This document shows positions 24,849 to 38,269 of a stretch of DNA of 64,000 bases, piece by piece. The notes below the pieces were generated by a model. It was not told the DNA's origin. It worked only from the letters and a program-made list of their open reading frames with translations, and did no database searches. The stretch comes from Callorhinchus milii (taxonomy: Eukaryota), in NCBI RefSeq assembly GCF_018977255.1, contig NW_024704746.1:20522001-20586000 (forward strand), read 5' to 3'. How positions within the stretch are numbered: position 1 is the stretch's first letter; each line of letters opens with the position of its first letter. Made by a program: the position numbers and the translations under genes.

Positions 24849-25155
24849 GGAGTCCTGTAGCTCAGTGGTTAGAGCACTCGCCTTGCAAGTGAGACACCTG
24901 GGTTCAATTCCAGGCAGGGCGAAACCTTGGGCAAGTTTCCTTACTCCACACGCCTCATAATAATCCCTCCAAAACAATAATAAATCGGTCATTTTCGATC
25001 CACGACTGTTTGTGGGACACTGCTGTGTGAAATTGGCTGTCGCGTTTCACCCACAAATATACTGTCAATTCACTTTACAGTCTATTCTGTGAAGCGCTTT
25101 GAGACGTCGAAGACGTGAAAAGCGCTATATCAAATGCAAGGATTATTATTATTAT
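24849..25155 (+). mobile_element. Young tRNA-Ala-derived SINE, full length
   Basis: ggagtcctgtagctcagtggttagagcactcgccttgcaagt...gggttcaattcc...(tta)n. Confidence 0.92.
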
Positions 25156-25893
25156 AAACTCAATTACTCCTAAACTTTAACTGAATAATTTTTCTGAAAG
25201 ATTTTATTTAAAATGCATGCATCTTACCCATTATATGTACTTTTCTGTTAGCATATACAATAAATAAGTAATTTATTGCTTAGGAGATATTTCAAAATGT
25301 TTATGAAGGGAGGAGTGCTGTGTTGAAATGGATGATATTTTTTAACTTGTTTTGAGTAGATTGTCATTGCATAATCTCTATTGTTAGGTGATTTTCATCA
25401 CTTCTCTTGTAAGTCAGTAAAGATCTGCTGATATAAAACTGCCAGTAGGCCTGCGTGCAAATGATAAGGCAGAGGACAAAGCTTCCCATCTGTCTCCAAC
25501 AATTTAATGCAAATTGCCAGGGTCTCATTGAATAATTCCCGCATTCTTTTGTGCACCATTATTGCTTCATAAAACAAAACATCTCCAAGGAATTGAAATA
25601 TACTATTGCTTTCTGAAACCTAATGCCTGCTGCATGCAATTAATTTAAGAAGTTTCTATCAGCGTTGGGCATAATGGCTGTACTACTGCTAATATGATGG
25701 GAGATGTAGAAATTACTCAAATTCTCAAAGCAAAGCTTCTTGCAGAATAAGAAACTGAAGGATATCAAGGAACATAAGCAGAAAACAGTGATGTCTCAAA
25801 TAGAAAGTAAGCGAAAGATGCAAGTATCTTATAAGATTGTGGTTGTAATTATCTCCTTGTTCTCCTTAATATTATTTCTAAGGAAAGTAGATT

Positions 25894-26252
25894 AATAATA
25901 ATCCTTGCATTTGATATAGCGCTTTATTACCTTTGAGACGTCTCAAAGCACTTCACAGAATATACTGTAAAATGAATTGACTGTATATTTTGTGGGCGAA
26001 ACATGGGAGTTAGTTGCGCACAGCAGTGTCCCACAGAGTCGTGGATTGAAGTGACCAATTTATTATTTTCTTTGAAGGAATTATTACCCCCGGAAAAACG
26101 ATCCACCAATCGACTAACAACCAGGTTCCTTCTTACTGCTAAGTAAATGGGCGTGAGTAAGGAAACTTGCTCAATGTTTCAGCCTAACGGGAATCAAACC
26201 CAGGTCTCTCGTTTGAGAGGCGAGTGCTCTAACAACTAAGCTACCGGACTCC
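25894..26252 (-). mobile_element. SINE variant with about 60 bp of extra internal sequence
   Basis: Same head and tail as the other copies, plus extra sequence at about 26085-26150. Confidence 0.85.
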
Positions 26253-26504
26253 ACTCGTGTTACAAGTGCAAACATTACTGATGTAGGATTGTTGTAGTCA
26301 GTCCAAAGTACTTTTGTCCTGGTTTCGGCTAATGTTCTGGAGCTAATGGTGTGCGCAAGAGTGGATTTCCACAGGCTCCAGCAGCTCTTCGGCTCTTGAT
26401 TCGAACAATCATTATTCATGTGTCAGTGGGCAGTGAAAGAATGGAATAGAGGCATCTCTACAGTCCTAGTTCCTGCCCTTAGCTAAAATTCACATATGCA
26501 CTTT

Positions 26505-27030
26505 CAAAGCCAGTCAGGAACCTCGGTGTTCTGTTCGACCCTGAGTTGTCCTTTCTCCCTCATATCTGCGCCACAACTGGCACCGCCTTCCATCACCTCT
26601 GGAATATCGCCAGACTACGGCACTACCTCACCCCTCACGCTGCTGAAACTCTGGTCCATGCCTTTATCACCTCAAGGCTGGACTATGGGAACTCTCTCCT
26701 CGCCGGCCTTCCCGGCCCTCCCTCCACAAGCTGCAGGTCATTCAGAACTCTGCAGCTCGTGTACTGTCCCGCAACAGGCTTCGGGACCACATCACTCCCA
26801 CCCTCGCTCGCCTCCACTGGCTCCCCATCCCACAGAGGATCGAATTCATGATCTTCATCCTCACCTACAAGGTCATTCACAGCCTTGCTCCCTCCTACCT
26901 CTCTGACCTACTATCCTCCTACCTACCTGCCCGTACTCTCCATTCCTCTGGCTCTGGTCTGCTCCACACCCCCCGCCCCAACCGCCCAAACATCGGTGGC
27001 CGGGCTCTCAGCCCCTAGGCTCTGGAACTC
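26505..27030 (+). mobile_element. L2 LINE ORF2 C-terminal fragment (frameshifted)
   Basis: Translates VRNLGVLFDPELSF...LWNIARLRHYLTPHAAETLVHAFITSRLDYGNSLLAGLP, the L2 ORF2 C-terminal motif. Confidence 0.9.
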
Positions 27031-28964
27031 TAGACAGATCGAGACAGATCAGGGATTAAATCTAGAATTTTTCTCATTTTTATGACTGAGTGTCATATTG
27101 TGCATTCCTCTTCCTAGAAGACTTATTTGTGGAAATCTGATTCTTACAAATGAATATGGGAAAATGTTGCATGATTCAAAGTGTACAATAAACACAAATG
27201 ATTGAATCTAGCAAAAGATCAGTGAAAGCTGACTTGGTCTTGTTAACATGTAGTGTACCCCCAGTGCACAGAGCTGCTTGTATAAGCTATCTAAAAATTC
27301 TGACTTGTGAATTTGGCATTATACTGCAGATCTGTGATTTCTACTATTACCTAATGGCTCCATTGATTTGACAATGTATTGCTTATCATTTTTAACCCCG
27401 CTTTTGGAAGATTAACAATTATGGAATTAATGATGATGAAATTAATTAGATCGAAAATTAGTTTAGGCATAATCAGCAGAAGGTGAAGATAAATGGAAAA
27501 AGAAACTTACTAGAGTAAGTGACCAATGTGTAAGGCTCTGTTCTGGGTGCTTTGCTGTTGTACATGATTCATAAATGATTTGTAAGAATTCACTTCTTGT
27601 AAAATTTTGCTGAAGGTACCAGACTATGTGAGCAGGTAAATGATGCAAAGATGATGTAGCATTTTGGAAAATCTAGGGCAATTTAGCAAATGGATCAACG
27701 TGGATTTTAATGTGCTTACATTTAATGTACTGCATATTGGAAGTACAAAACATGAAACTATTCCAAGTGAAGAGGTTGAAAAGTATAGAAGAGGAAGCTG
27801 ATTTTGGTGCGCTTTCAAAACGTTTTATTGAATGTTTCAGTCAATGTAAAGATGCTGTCACCCAAGCTAATCAACTAATGAGTTACATCTTCAGGGTATT
27901 GAACAGCAAGTTGAAAGTAGGTATGATGGGTTGAATGATCTTTTCTTGTTCCTTATTTTTATAGGATTATGACTATAACACCCATTTATTTGGGAGATAA
28001 TTTGGAGAAAATGAAACATTTTAATGCCTTGCAATATAATTGATTATAGTTTATAGTTTGGTTTAGTGACAAGTGAAATATCACATTTATTTAGATAGAA
28101 CAGATACCTGGATCTTTTGGTTGGTGAATAACCAGTTCATTCTTTAGTTATAGACCTGGATGCCCTTTGCTGTCGCTGTGACATAGTGATGGCATTGGAA
28201 ACACCATTTGATATGATTGCACATTGACAATGGTTAGGTCATGGTGCTAGCACCTGTCAGAAGTAATCAGGATTTATTCCTGGTCTTTTCCTAGAAAAGT
28301 CAAATAAAATTACTCTTTGAACAATTTTGATTGTTTTCGAGTCCAATTGTCCTCTTTGGCACAGCTTTGTACTGGTGCGGAGTGTGAAACTGAGCTCTGT
28401 GCACATGATGTAAAGAATGAAAGAATATTAAAGTCTTACTGTGACTTTATCATAGGAATTTCCAAATGTAAGTGGACTTTGAACATCTGTCAAAGAATGA
28501 AGATTTTACTGACTAATTGTTCCAGATGTAATGCTCTAGGTGATGACAATAATTATTTGGTAAGAGCAGACACATTGCTGAAGTGCTTTTATCACACAAA
28601 AAAGATTGAAAGGGAACCTAGTCCTGGCACCCTTTGAAAATGAAAGTCTTTTTTTTGATTGTTGTGGATGTATGGAACCTCAGTTAATTTAGTTTGGTTA
28701 TGTTGCTTAGCACTTTTACAAAAAAAGTAAGTTATAAATTTAGAAAATGGTTATAAGGACATATAGGGGTTATTGGTTGCTGTTGGGAGAAATTGCTCTG
28801 AGCTGCTGAAATTATGAGACTGAATGACTGCCTTGCTCTGAGAGCTGATATAAACTTAATGGGCCGAATGCTTTCCTTTGGTGTAAATTTCACTGCCACA
28901 ATGAAGAAGGCATGCTGCCAAGAATGAAAACTAAGGATGTATTGCTAAAGTTATTAGTTGGTTG

Positions 28965-29380
28965 TCTGGCTCAGTTGGTAGCACTCTAGATTCGAGTCTG
29001 TAGGCTGCGGATTCGAGCTCGATGTCTGGACTCTGACCTCAAAGTCCAGAATGATGCTCCAATGTAGTGACGGGTGGAGCACTTAATTGTTGGAGATGTT
29101 GTCCTTTGGATAAGTCATTAAACTGAGGTTCCAACTGCTTGTTTATGTGTGTGGTTAAAGTTGCTATGTTCCTATTTGAAAAGAAAAAGATTTTCCTGTT
29201 TTCCTCTTCCAACAATTCATCAGATAAACATTCACTTCATACCTGCTGTGGGCCATCGCTGTGGACAAATTTGCGACTGCATATACCTACAAATTGCAGT
29301 TGCTACTCTTTACAGTAAAATTCTACTTGTGCTTTGTGATGTTCTCCTGACATGAAAGATTCTATATGCCTATAACTTTC
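28965..29380 (+). mobile_element. Older DeuSINE with tRNA-like head
   Basis: tggctcagttggtagcactc...ggattcgagc head, then gtcctttggataagtcattaaactgaggttcc, a Deu-like core. Confidence 0.65.
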
Positions 29381-29569
29381 CTAGTTCCTTACTGTCAAAT
29401 AAGAAATTATAGAAATGTATCAGATGCTAAAGATTCAGAGTTCTTGTTCTGAAACAAAATTTGCTTTCGTTGTACAAAGCAATTGCTCGCTTCTTGCTCT
29501 GCATAATTGCAAGGAAGACTTTTTATTCTTAAGACGCGTAAGATTCTTAAGACTATTATTGATCAACAT

Positions 29570-29680
29570 ACAACAATAAGTGCATATGATATAGCACCTT
29601 ATCACATTGTCAAAGTCACAAAGTGCTTCACATGATATACTGTAAAGTGGATTGACTATATTTTGTGGTTGAACATTAAA
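29570..29680 (-). mobile_element. Degraded SINE 3' fragment
   Basis: aagtgcttcacatgatatactgtaaagtggattgactatattttgtgg matches the reverse complement of the SINE 3' half. Confidence 0.65.
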
Positions 29681-31287
29681 CAATCATGCAGAGAGATTGA
29701 CTATCAACTTCAGAAATATCTGAAGCCATGGCTCTTGTAAATACTTTCTGAAATTAGGTAAGCAGGATGCGTCCCTCCAGGGAGAGAGTGTGCACTCCAT
29801 TCCAACAATCTGTCTCTGGGGTTTCAAAGTGTAGGTGGGATGTACGGAAATCTCAACTTAGTTTGGATATTCTTAAGCAGGGTGATGGGTTTTAGCGTGT
29901 GTCAGACACCCAGCTGACCAAAAAAACCTTAATTAGCGTATTTCTACATAAATATGTGTGACAACAGCTTAAGAAGTCACACATTTTGCTGAACAATTTG
30001 ACTATGGCAAGTTTGGAACTCTTTCGGTTTTCTTAATCTCACCTAAAACTTTTACTACTTTACAATATCTGAACATAATGTAAAATTATTTTTCAATGAT
30101 GCATTAGGGTTATGTTAGCTTTTCAGAGGTTAAATTTGCTTCCAATGAGCTAATCCTGACTGATTAATGTCCTATTGTGAACACCTGTTTATTTGCGTGA
30201 AAGAAGTTTAGTTTCTTAACATAATCTATGTTGTATTGCGCAGAGCAATTTGCTTACAAAGTAACCTGGAAATAGCTCCAGGTTTGCCTTTTCGCATGGT
30301 AGTTTATTAGTGAATCAGAAAGCCAACTACCAGTAATTTCTTCCCTCGTAAATTTGGGGGAAGGAACTCTACAGAGAGAACTTGCATTATGGCTCTTTAA
30401 TCATTTGCAACGTCATTAAAGGTTGCTATTAAGCAAAGCCTGCATTTGACTCATTATATGAGTATTATGGAATATTCATTTGCTGTCATGGCAAGTCAGT
30501 TTAGCTCCTCTACGTAATAAACAGGACTGAGTCCTTACACAGTGTGCTTTCTATTGGTGTCTGGGACAAATGCAGCTTTTCTTACAAGATAGCAAGGTGT
30601 AAGATGTATTAATGGTAGGTATCACTTAACTGCCATTCCCTTGGGAGGCTGTAATCCTTCTGGTAATGATGCAGCAATCTGGCATTTCCTCAGTGCTGAG
30701 CAATGTCTTAATGGTACTTTCAGAGAGCTAATGTCCTCTGAGAGCAATGGGCTTTCAGAGATAGTGACTGACATGTGTCTAATATAAGATGGCATTATTC
30801 AATGGAGCTTTGAGTTTCCTTAATTCCTGATTAGGGGAAGGTTTCGAGATACCTGTGACTGAATCTTTGGATGGAATTTTCTCTAGCGTTTGTGTTCTGA
30901 TTGCTGAATACCATATGCTACAGACATAAAAGGAAAATGTATTCAATTCACAATATAATGAAATTTCATTGATGCTATTTTAAAACATGGTAGTATATAT
31001 TTTGGCCCTGCTATGTTTTTGGGTCCGATTACAATTTTTGAGGCATCTACCTGTGATTGATATTCTATGACTTTGTACAAAAAAGTGCAATTATAAAGGC
31101 TACTGAAATATTAGTTGGAGCTAGCATTGCGTGACCCCTGAGTTTGTAGTCCAGAGGGTATAATATTTTTTTAAAAATGTCAGTTTCATTGAACTAGTGT
31201 TGAATAATCTACTGAGAATTACTTCAATAGTATCTTGGATTATTAACTGGTAACTAATCAAAGAACACAACTGAGTTCTTGTTTCTC

Positions 31288-31500
31288 AATAATAATAATA
31301 ATCCTTGCATTTGATAAAATGCTTTTCACATCTTCTAGATGTCTCAAAGCGCTTCACAGAATATACTGTAAAGTGAATTGACTGTATATTTGTGGGCGAA
31401 ATGCAGCAGCCAATTGTGCACAGCAGTGTCCCACAAACAATCGTGGATTGAAGTGACCAATTTTATTATTTTTTTTCTTGAGGGATTATTGTCAGGCGTG
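31288..31500 (-). mobile_element. Young SINE, 5'-truncated (TAGAA-loop type)
   Basis: (aat)n ccttgcatttga...cacatcttctagatgtctcaaagcgc...cccacaaac. Confidence 0.9.
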
Positions 31501-33382
31501 TCGTTACAGTATACTTGATATTGTCGCTCAGGCCTTAATTTACTGGGAATTACTGCAGTTCTTTGCTTTAGTCATTATGGTTTGGAACTGATTTTGAAAG
31601 CTTTGACTGACGTTTCAATTTTACTTTATTTAGTTCTTTCCACTTTATCGTCTCCAAAATGACCTGTTTTCTCACTGGGGAAAAATCCATAGTGAGAACC
31701 TAGAATGAAATATAGACGATTACCATATTTGTAGAAACCCATATGTTTTCTCTCACGTTTCAGGCTGATTCTATTGGTTTCCTACTTTGCAGAATTTGAT
31801 GTTAGGGTTCCCCTACCTATTAAATAAAAATTATTATTCGGCAAGAGAAGTCATAAAATCCTTAGCAGTATTGTTAACTTCTTGACTAATCTCTTCAATT
31901 GACTATGTGAATTCATCCAGCATCCACTTTTAAAAATCTGCTGCAATCAATGTACATTTGTTTTAAACAATGAATGAGACTATTACAATATTGCATGTCT
32001 GAATCAATGATGGCATTAAGCATAACAAATGGCAACTAGTGTTCATATTCTTATTCAGCAGAGAAGTTGATTATTTTCATCTGGGTTTATAGATGAAAAA
32101 CTGCATTGGAACATGTGGGGTTTTTCTAGGGGTGGTAGGAAAAGATGGAAGTTATTAGTTCAATGCAAAATGCTTTAAGCTCTCCATAAGAGAATCTGGG
32201 CTGTAAGGATTAACTGTAAAGATGGGTACAAACCTATGAAGAGATTTGTTGGCAATGTCTATCTTGACTCTAAAGAGATGAGGAATCTATCATCCTGCCT
32301 CATTAACCTGTAAATCATATCAGTTTTCAGAATTGGTGGAGAATGTTTTTTTCTAGTTGTAGGGATGCAGAACCTTGCTGACCATTCCATTTGGGTAAAG
32401 TGTCTGGCATCTGTGGAACCTGTGAATTAGTGCCATCAGGTGAAGAAGGGTGAAAATTGGTGTAGAAATGTACTTCTTCAGCTCTTGGTTCCATTCAGCT
32501 TTAATATAAGTATCTCCTCTGATAAAATGCTCTTTAAGTCTGAAACTGGTCATTGTTGATGTCCTATCTGCCTACAATAGTTTCTTTGGTAATTAATGTA
32601 TGCTCTTAATGAGATTTGGAAAAGTGAATCTTGCCCAGTGTTAGTCCATAAAGTATACATTTTTTAAAAAAAATAACAATTGGGGAATTTTTATATCAGG
32701 CCCTGAAAAGATCCAAAAAAAGAAAATGCATATTTATTGAACTATTTGTCCCATGTGTGCTGAAGAAATCCCCCTAAATGTGTACTTTAGGAAAAACAAA
32801 TAGAAAAGGATGGGTTGTTTGATTATTTGCTGCCTTACCAAAATAAAGATGAGCCTAAAATCCTGAACAGATAATCGCTGAATAGAATTCAAGAAAACAA
32901 AAGGCATTCTTGATGGCTCATGGAAAGTGTTTTTAATTCAGAAATTGCATAATGGAGCATTGGATGTAAAAAATGTTGAAGATTTATCCAAATATTGTGT
33001 ATAAATGGAAAAAGTCAAACATTGGGTAAAATGGAGAGAAATTAACTCATCATTTACTCAACCGTGCTAACATTTATTTTTCACTGTCTATAGTAAGTTA
33101 CCACAATTTTTCACCGTGAATTTGTATTCACACTGAATCAATTGAAATCTGCCTTGTTATATTATAAATACTAGTTTCTTGAATTCAGTGATTGAGATTG
33201 CAGTTTAAATTGGTGCGAAGTAACAGCTTTAACTGTTGTAATGTATGATTTTGTTACATTTGTAAAATATTATAATTTCTGATTGTCTTGGGCAAGCAGC
33301 TTTGAACTGAAGGTTACTGTAGGGGAAAGAAAATACTTGTTTAGATGTCAATGATTTCTAAATGCAATTTCTTTCTTTGCAG

Positions 33383-33460
33383 GTGTGAACGTCTAAAGAA
33401 CGATAACTGGAGGTGTCTGGTACCCGGACTCAAGGAAAAGGATTGGCCTTACCCTAGAAT
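33383..33460 (+). other. PTPRF: 5' UTR part of the first coding exon of PTPRF
   Basis: Follows a polypyrimidine tract and acceptor (tttctttctttgcAG, AG at 33381-33382). No ATG in this stretch. In-frame TAG at 33455-33457 just before the start codon. The acceptor implies an upstream non-coding exon, which I did not locate. Confidence 0.75.
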
Positions 33461-33545
33461 ATGGTACCTCAGTGTTGGTCAGTGAGTTGTCTTGTGCCAG
33501 TCATGGTAATCCTGAGTTACATGGCACATTTCATCCAGACAGACA
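33461..33545 (+). CDS. PTPRF: PTPRF (LAR) signal-peptide coding exon: MVPQCWSVSCLVPVMVILSYMAHFIQTD + 1 nt
   Basis: Strong Kozak context (aatATGG) and hydrophobic core LVPVMVIL, similar to human LAR MVPLVPALVML...AHGD as recalled. Donor GTAAGT at 33546. 85 nt gives phase 1, which joins in frame to exon 43540 (A+CC=Thr). Too short to appear in the ORF track. Confidence 0.85.
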
Positions 33546-34519
33546 GTAAGTAAAGTTATTGGCATTCTTCTCTTTCTCTAGCACTATCCTAACACATTTG
33601 TTTCAACAGGTAATTCATGAATGTAGAAACAACAAACTCGCCATGGAATTGTATATGTTTTTTGTAGTCCCTTCTATGATGTTCATTTTCCATCCTTTGT
33701 GTATCAAAGGATAGAAAATGAACATCATAGAAGAGACTACAAAAACTCGAGCAATGTGGCAGAATTGGAACAAAATGTGATTGAGATAGGTTAACTCTTT
33801 TAGATGAATGGCACTAGACACCGTTCAAACACCTGCCTAGTTTCCATTTTGATTGTGTTGGGATGCATGAGGTGTTTTGTACAAAACCCTAACATTTATG
33901 TATAAATGTAAAATTATGAGACCATTGCCTTCCATATGTGCGCCGAAGCAAGCAGGGCGATGCACTTCGTAGTTCATCAAGATCAGTGAGGCCTTCCTGA
34001 ACTTTTAAATGTGGCACTTTTTTCTATTGGGATTGTGAGTTTCACTGACACATTAGCTAAGTTCAATCAGTGGTGTGTTGTGAAGCCTTAAAAAAGACAT
34101 TTCTATATACCTACATACCATACATTCCAATTGGCTTTTTCATTCTTGAAATATAGTAATTGAGCTTTTATGTGTCATCTACTCTGTTGTATTAACAGCA
34201 TAATATTTACTAATTGAAGTATAAAAATTGTCTTAAGAGCAGAGTACTGAACTCCACTAAATGTCATTATAGACTTGGACTTCTTGACTCATCATTTTTA
34301 AAAACTTTTTTAAATCATAATATTATGAAATCAGTGACCTTAGACAGCAGATTTCTAAAAAGCACATTGTGTTAAGCTAATTTAATAGATTTCTTTGTAA
34401 GAATAATGTATAAAGGGGAGGCAATGGATGTCATGCATTTTCGATCGCATGTACATAGAGCCAATTCACTTTACAGAATATTCAGTGAAACACTTTGAGA
34501 TGTCCAAGGATTATTATTT

Positions 34520-35040
34520 TCAAACTGTTTTGATAAGGTGTCACGCAAGAACCTTATTGCAGAAATTAAGACACTTGATATTGACTACAATGTGGCAGCA
34601 TGCAGTGAAAAGTTTAAAAGCTGTGAAGCAGAGAGTAAGGAAAGAGAATGTTCTCCAGACTGATGAAATTCATAATTCAGGGGTCTGAATATATTATACA
34701 TTATTTCCACATATATAATTGAAACTGGGCACATTGTCTAAATTTGTTATTTATACCAAATTAAGAAGCGTAGGGAAACTGAAGAGAAATTTGGAAGACT
34801 AAAGGGTAGCATAGACATGTTAACGTGTGCGTGGGCAGATAAATTGCGAATGGATTTTCAATACTGAAAAATCTAAAGTAATACAATTTAGGAGGAGGAT
34901 GAAAGAAAGGAAATGTACCCTAAATGATAACATTCTTAATTAAATGGAGGAGGGAGGGAGTGTAAGTAGAAAAGGCTGTAAAATGAAAATCTTGAATTTG
35001 AACAAAGCATTTGTTAGGCCCAAGTTGGAGTATTGCAGTT
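34520..35040 (+). mobile_element. Highly degraded CR1
   Basis: ttttgataaggtgtcacgc, tgggcagataaattgcgaatggattttcaat, ttgttaggcccaagttggagtattgc (FVRPKLEYC). Confidence 0.6.
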
Positions 35041-35916
35041 GCAACAGTTACTATGTCTTTTTGATAGTTTTAATTTTCTTTCTTTCTGATCTACGTGAGG
35101 TGACAACTTTTCTGGAAAATGTGAAGAAACCTCCTTGCATGTGAAGATTTTTATAGTTGTTGTCCAAATTTGTTGCCCATTAATTTGCAAACCATAGCAT
35201 TAATGTTGGCACGTAAATGACTTAAATTCATTTATCGGTAGTTTTTGCAGGCTTGAACTTGCAGCATTGATTTATAACATTAGTTGATGTTGCAGTAATA
35301 GGCACATATGTTTAAACATTCATGACAGATGTATTATTGCAAGAAATTAAGACATTAAGAGCAACTAAAACTTGAGAATTAAACTAATAAACAACTGACG
35401 CAGGCTAGATGAAATTACCCCACTGAAACTGTATGGATGTTTCTTTCATGATACCTTCACAGTTTTACATTTGCTACACAGCATTTTTAATATCAAACAC
35501 TCATGATCTTTAATTCAGTGAAGAAACAATTGACTATTAAGTATCATCTGTAAACTTCTATTGTAAGCGTTTACCTAAATTTGGTTATAATTATTTATTT
35601 TTTACATTTTTTTAATCTCCCCTCCCACCCCCAATTCACCTGATTTGTTTAGCTGGTTACTATGAAAATATCTCCTGCTAGTAGAGATTACTATTTTTTT
35701 TTAATGTCAAATTATTTTAATTTATTTTGTTTTAATTTAATTTGGTCGTGTATTTGTCTTCATTGGACTGCACCTTTATTAAAACTCAAAAAGAGTCCCA
35801 TTGAGTTTCCTATCAAAACCACTTTGATTTCTTTGCACTAGTATGTATTTATTCACATCCTCGTAATATCGCTCCCTATCCCCCATTACTCCTTCACATA
35901 TCGCCTTCATTGAATC

Positions 35917-36112
35917 AACAACAACAGCAAAGTGACATTTATATAGCCCCTTTCACGTCGGGAGGACCTACCAAGGCGCTGGACAGACAGAGTTACGGAC
36001 CCGAGCTGAGGGTTGGGGTGGAGGAGAGTGAGGGGGAAGCAGGGAGATCGAAAGCAGGGTCGATGAGGAGGCTCTTGAGGCAGGTCTTGAAGGTGCCAAG
36101 GGAGGGGGCGCA
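35917..36112 (-). mobile_element. L2 3' end
   Basis: (caa)n tail; cacgtcgggaggac..ccaaggcgctggacag...cggacccgagctg shared with the 3209 and 61500 copies. Confidence 0.8.
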
Positions 36113-36280
36113 GGAAATTACATCCTGACCCTGTTGTCCCATACACACTTACCGATAGGCTGCATTGAACCGCGAGAAACATAGTCTTGATCCATCGGCA
36201 CGCACGCATGGGAACTTAATTTCCCATGATTCATTATTGTTATTCAATGCGATTCCAATGCTTGATGGTGAATGCACATG

Positions 36281-36395
36281 TAATAATAATAATAATCCTT
36301 GCATTTGATATAGCGCTTTTCACGTCGGGAGGACGTCCCAAAGCGCTTCACAGAACACACTGTAAAATGAATTGACTGTATATTTGTGGGTGAAC
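36281..36395 (-). mobile_element. Young SINE 3' fragment (CTCCC-loop type)
   Basis: (taa)n tccttgcatttgatatagcgcttttcacgtcgggaggacgtcccaaagcgc... Confidence 0.9.
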
Positions 36396-38269
36396 GGGGG
36401 GGTCAAGATGCACTGAATCATGGGAAACAGTCTTAACCTGTCAGAGCATGCACATTTACCAGCCACAACTTAGACTTTGCGTAAGTCGTGCTAAATGTTA
36501 TGGTCCCGACTAGTAGCACTTATGAGATTTACTGTATTCAATTTCCAAACCACCTGCTGAGCCTTGTTCCAGTGAACACCTTTGTGGCTTCTTCTCTTAG
36601 TGGAGTTTCCACCTCAAATAGTCAGAGTGGATTAATGAGGCAAGACCGTTGCTTTAAATTTAATCTCCTTATTGTGTGCGTACTCCTCAGATGAACATGG
36701 AGAGATTCCAATAAAATGCTCTCAAGTAATTTTTCAATCATAAATTGTTGACGTTTCATATATTTATGGATTATGAATTAAAATAGCGGCTGGTTGTCTA
36801 AACCATTTCTGTGAATGCATTCTGGTCTAAAGGAATAGATTAATACATTGGGAAGAATTTAAGCAGCATTACTGTGATTTATTTTGCTAAACTATTAAAA
36901 ATAAAACAGTAATTCAGCTTGCATAAAACATAATAAAAAGTCAGATAATGCACAAAATGTTATTAATGCCTTAATCCACCATCAGCTACCAAGCTCTTTA
37001 TTAGGCTATTGCATCTGTCGCTACTTGCCAGCTCTCTTTCAGCAGTGTGTTGTCGGAGCCAAAAGCACAGACAGCAGTATCAGCTTTTAGAAAATGGGCT
37101 TGTTGGACTGTATAATTTGTCTGATAAATTGATTTATGAGTGTGTTGAATCTTTAGGTCATTATGTAGTTTGCACTCCAGGCCTCTGCTGGCTGCTGTTC
37201 CTTCCAGTAATATCCTTTTGGATTGCATACTCTCAGTATCACGTCGCACTGAATGGATTTCAGTCATGTGGATACAGTGTAGAATGAGTGGTCAGGAAGG
37301 TGTCAGCAATGAATTGAAAGAGATAATTTTTTGCAGGGTGATCAATGTGTCTGTGTACTGTCCTTGAAGGTATTATAATACAAAAGCTGTTCACTGTGAA
37401 TTTGAAATGACCTTGTATAAAGCGTGTGAATAGCCTTTTTTCAAGGACAATTTAAAAAAAGTGACCCTCTTACGGTGGTTGATAACCTTTTTATAATAGT
37501 TTGACGGTGTAATAGAGTTTGATAGTACACAGGTTAAGATGTGTTTCTCCCTCTTTTCCTCTCCCCTCCATGTTCCGCGTTGCTGACTTTTGTGACCAGT
37601 GTTCAGACTCATTTTGCATATTGGCTAACAGGTGAGGATAGGAGTGTTTGCTGAATCAAATGTGGAAGTAGACCTGTGATAGGTAATATTCTGAAAAACA
37701 ATAGTGCATTGTTAATTCTTTCCCTACTATCCAGATTCTCATCTTTTTCTTCCCCTCCCCATTTAATTGCTACTCTGATAACATGCTCTTTTGATGAACC
37801 TTTGCCCTAGGTTGGTGATTGTAAACTATTCAACTATTGGGGAATTATATTTAAACCTGATCTTGTCTTCATGGAAAAATATAAGCACTTTATAGTGACC
37901 ATATATTCTTGTCTCATTGTTTCCCCCTACTATCATTCTACATTCTGCTTTTGATCACTGAACAATTGGGAGTATAGTGATTGTGTAGTTGCAGGTGAAC
38001 ACGATAGCCAATTTGCGAACAGCAATGGCCCAGAAGGAGCCCTGAAATGAATGAGGAATTTTATCTGGAAGATCGTTAACCAGGACAACCGGAAAAAATC
38101 CATTTTGATAATACCATGGGATCTGAGATCTTTAAGGTTCACCTGAACAGATGAGACCTTGTCATCTATGTCCTCCGAAGGCTGTGAGCTCAAAGTCCAG
38201 AGATGGAGTTTGAACCTACAACATTCTGATTCCCCAAATGAGTCTGTTACCAACTAAACCAGACTGACT

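Noticed and set aside
24849-24920. tRNA-Ala(TGC)-like sequences (also 11409, 15280, 26180, 53216, 54688, 62900)
   Set aside because: They are SINE heads: they run into the shared SINE body, have imperfect stems and variable anticodon loops, and lack a proper acceptor stem.
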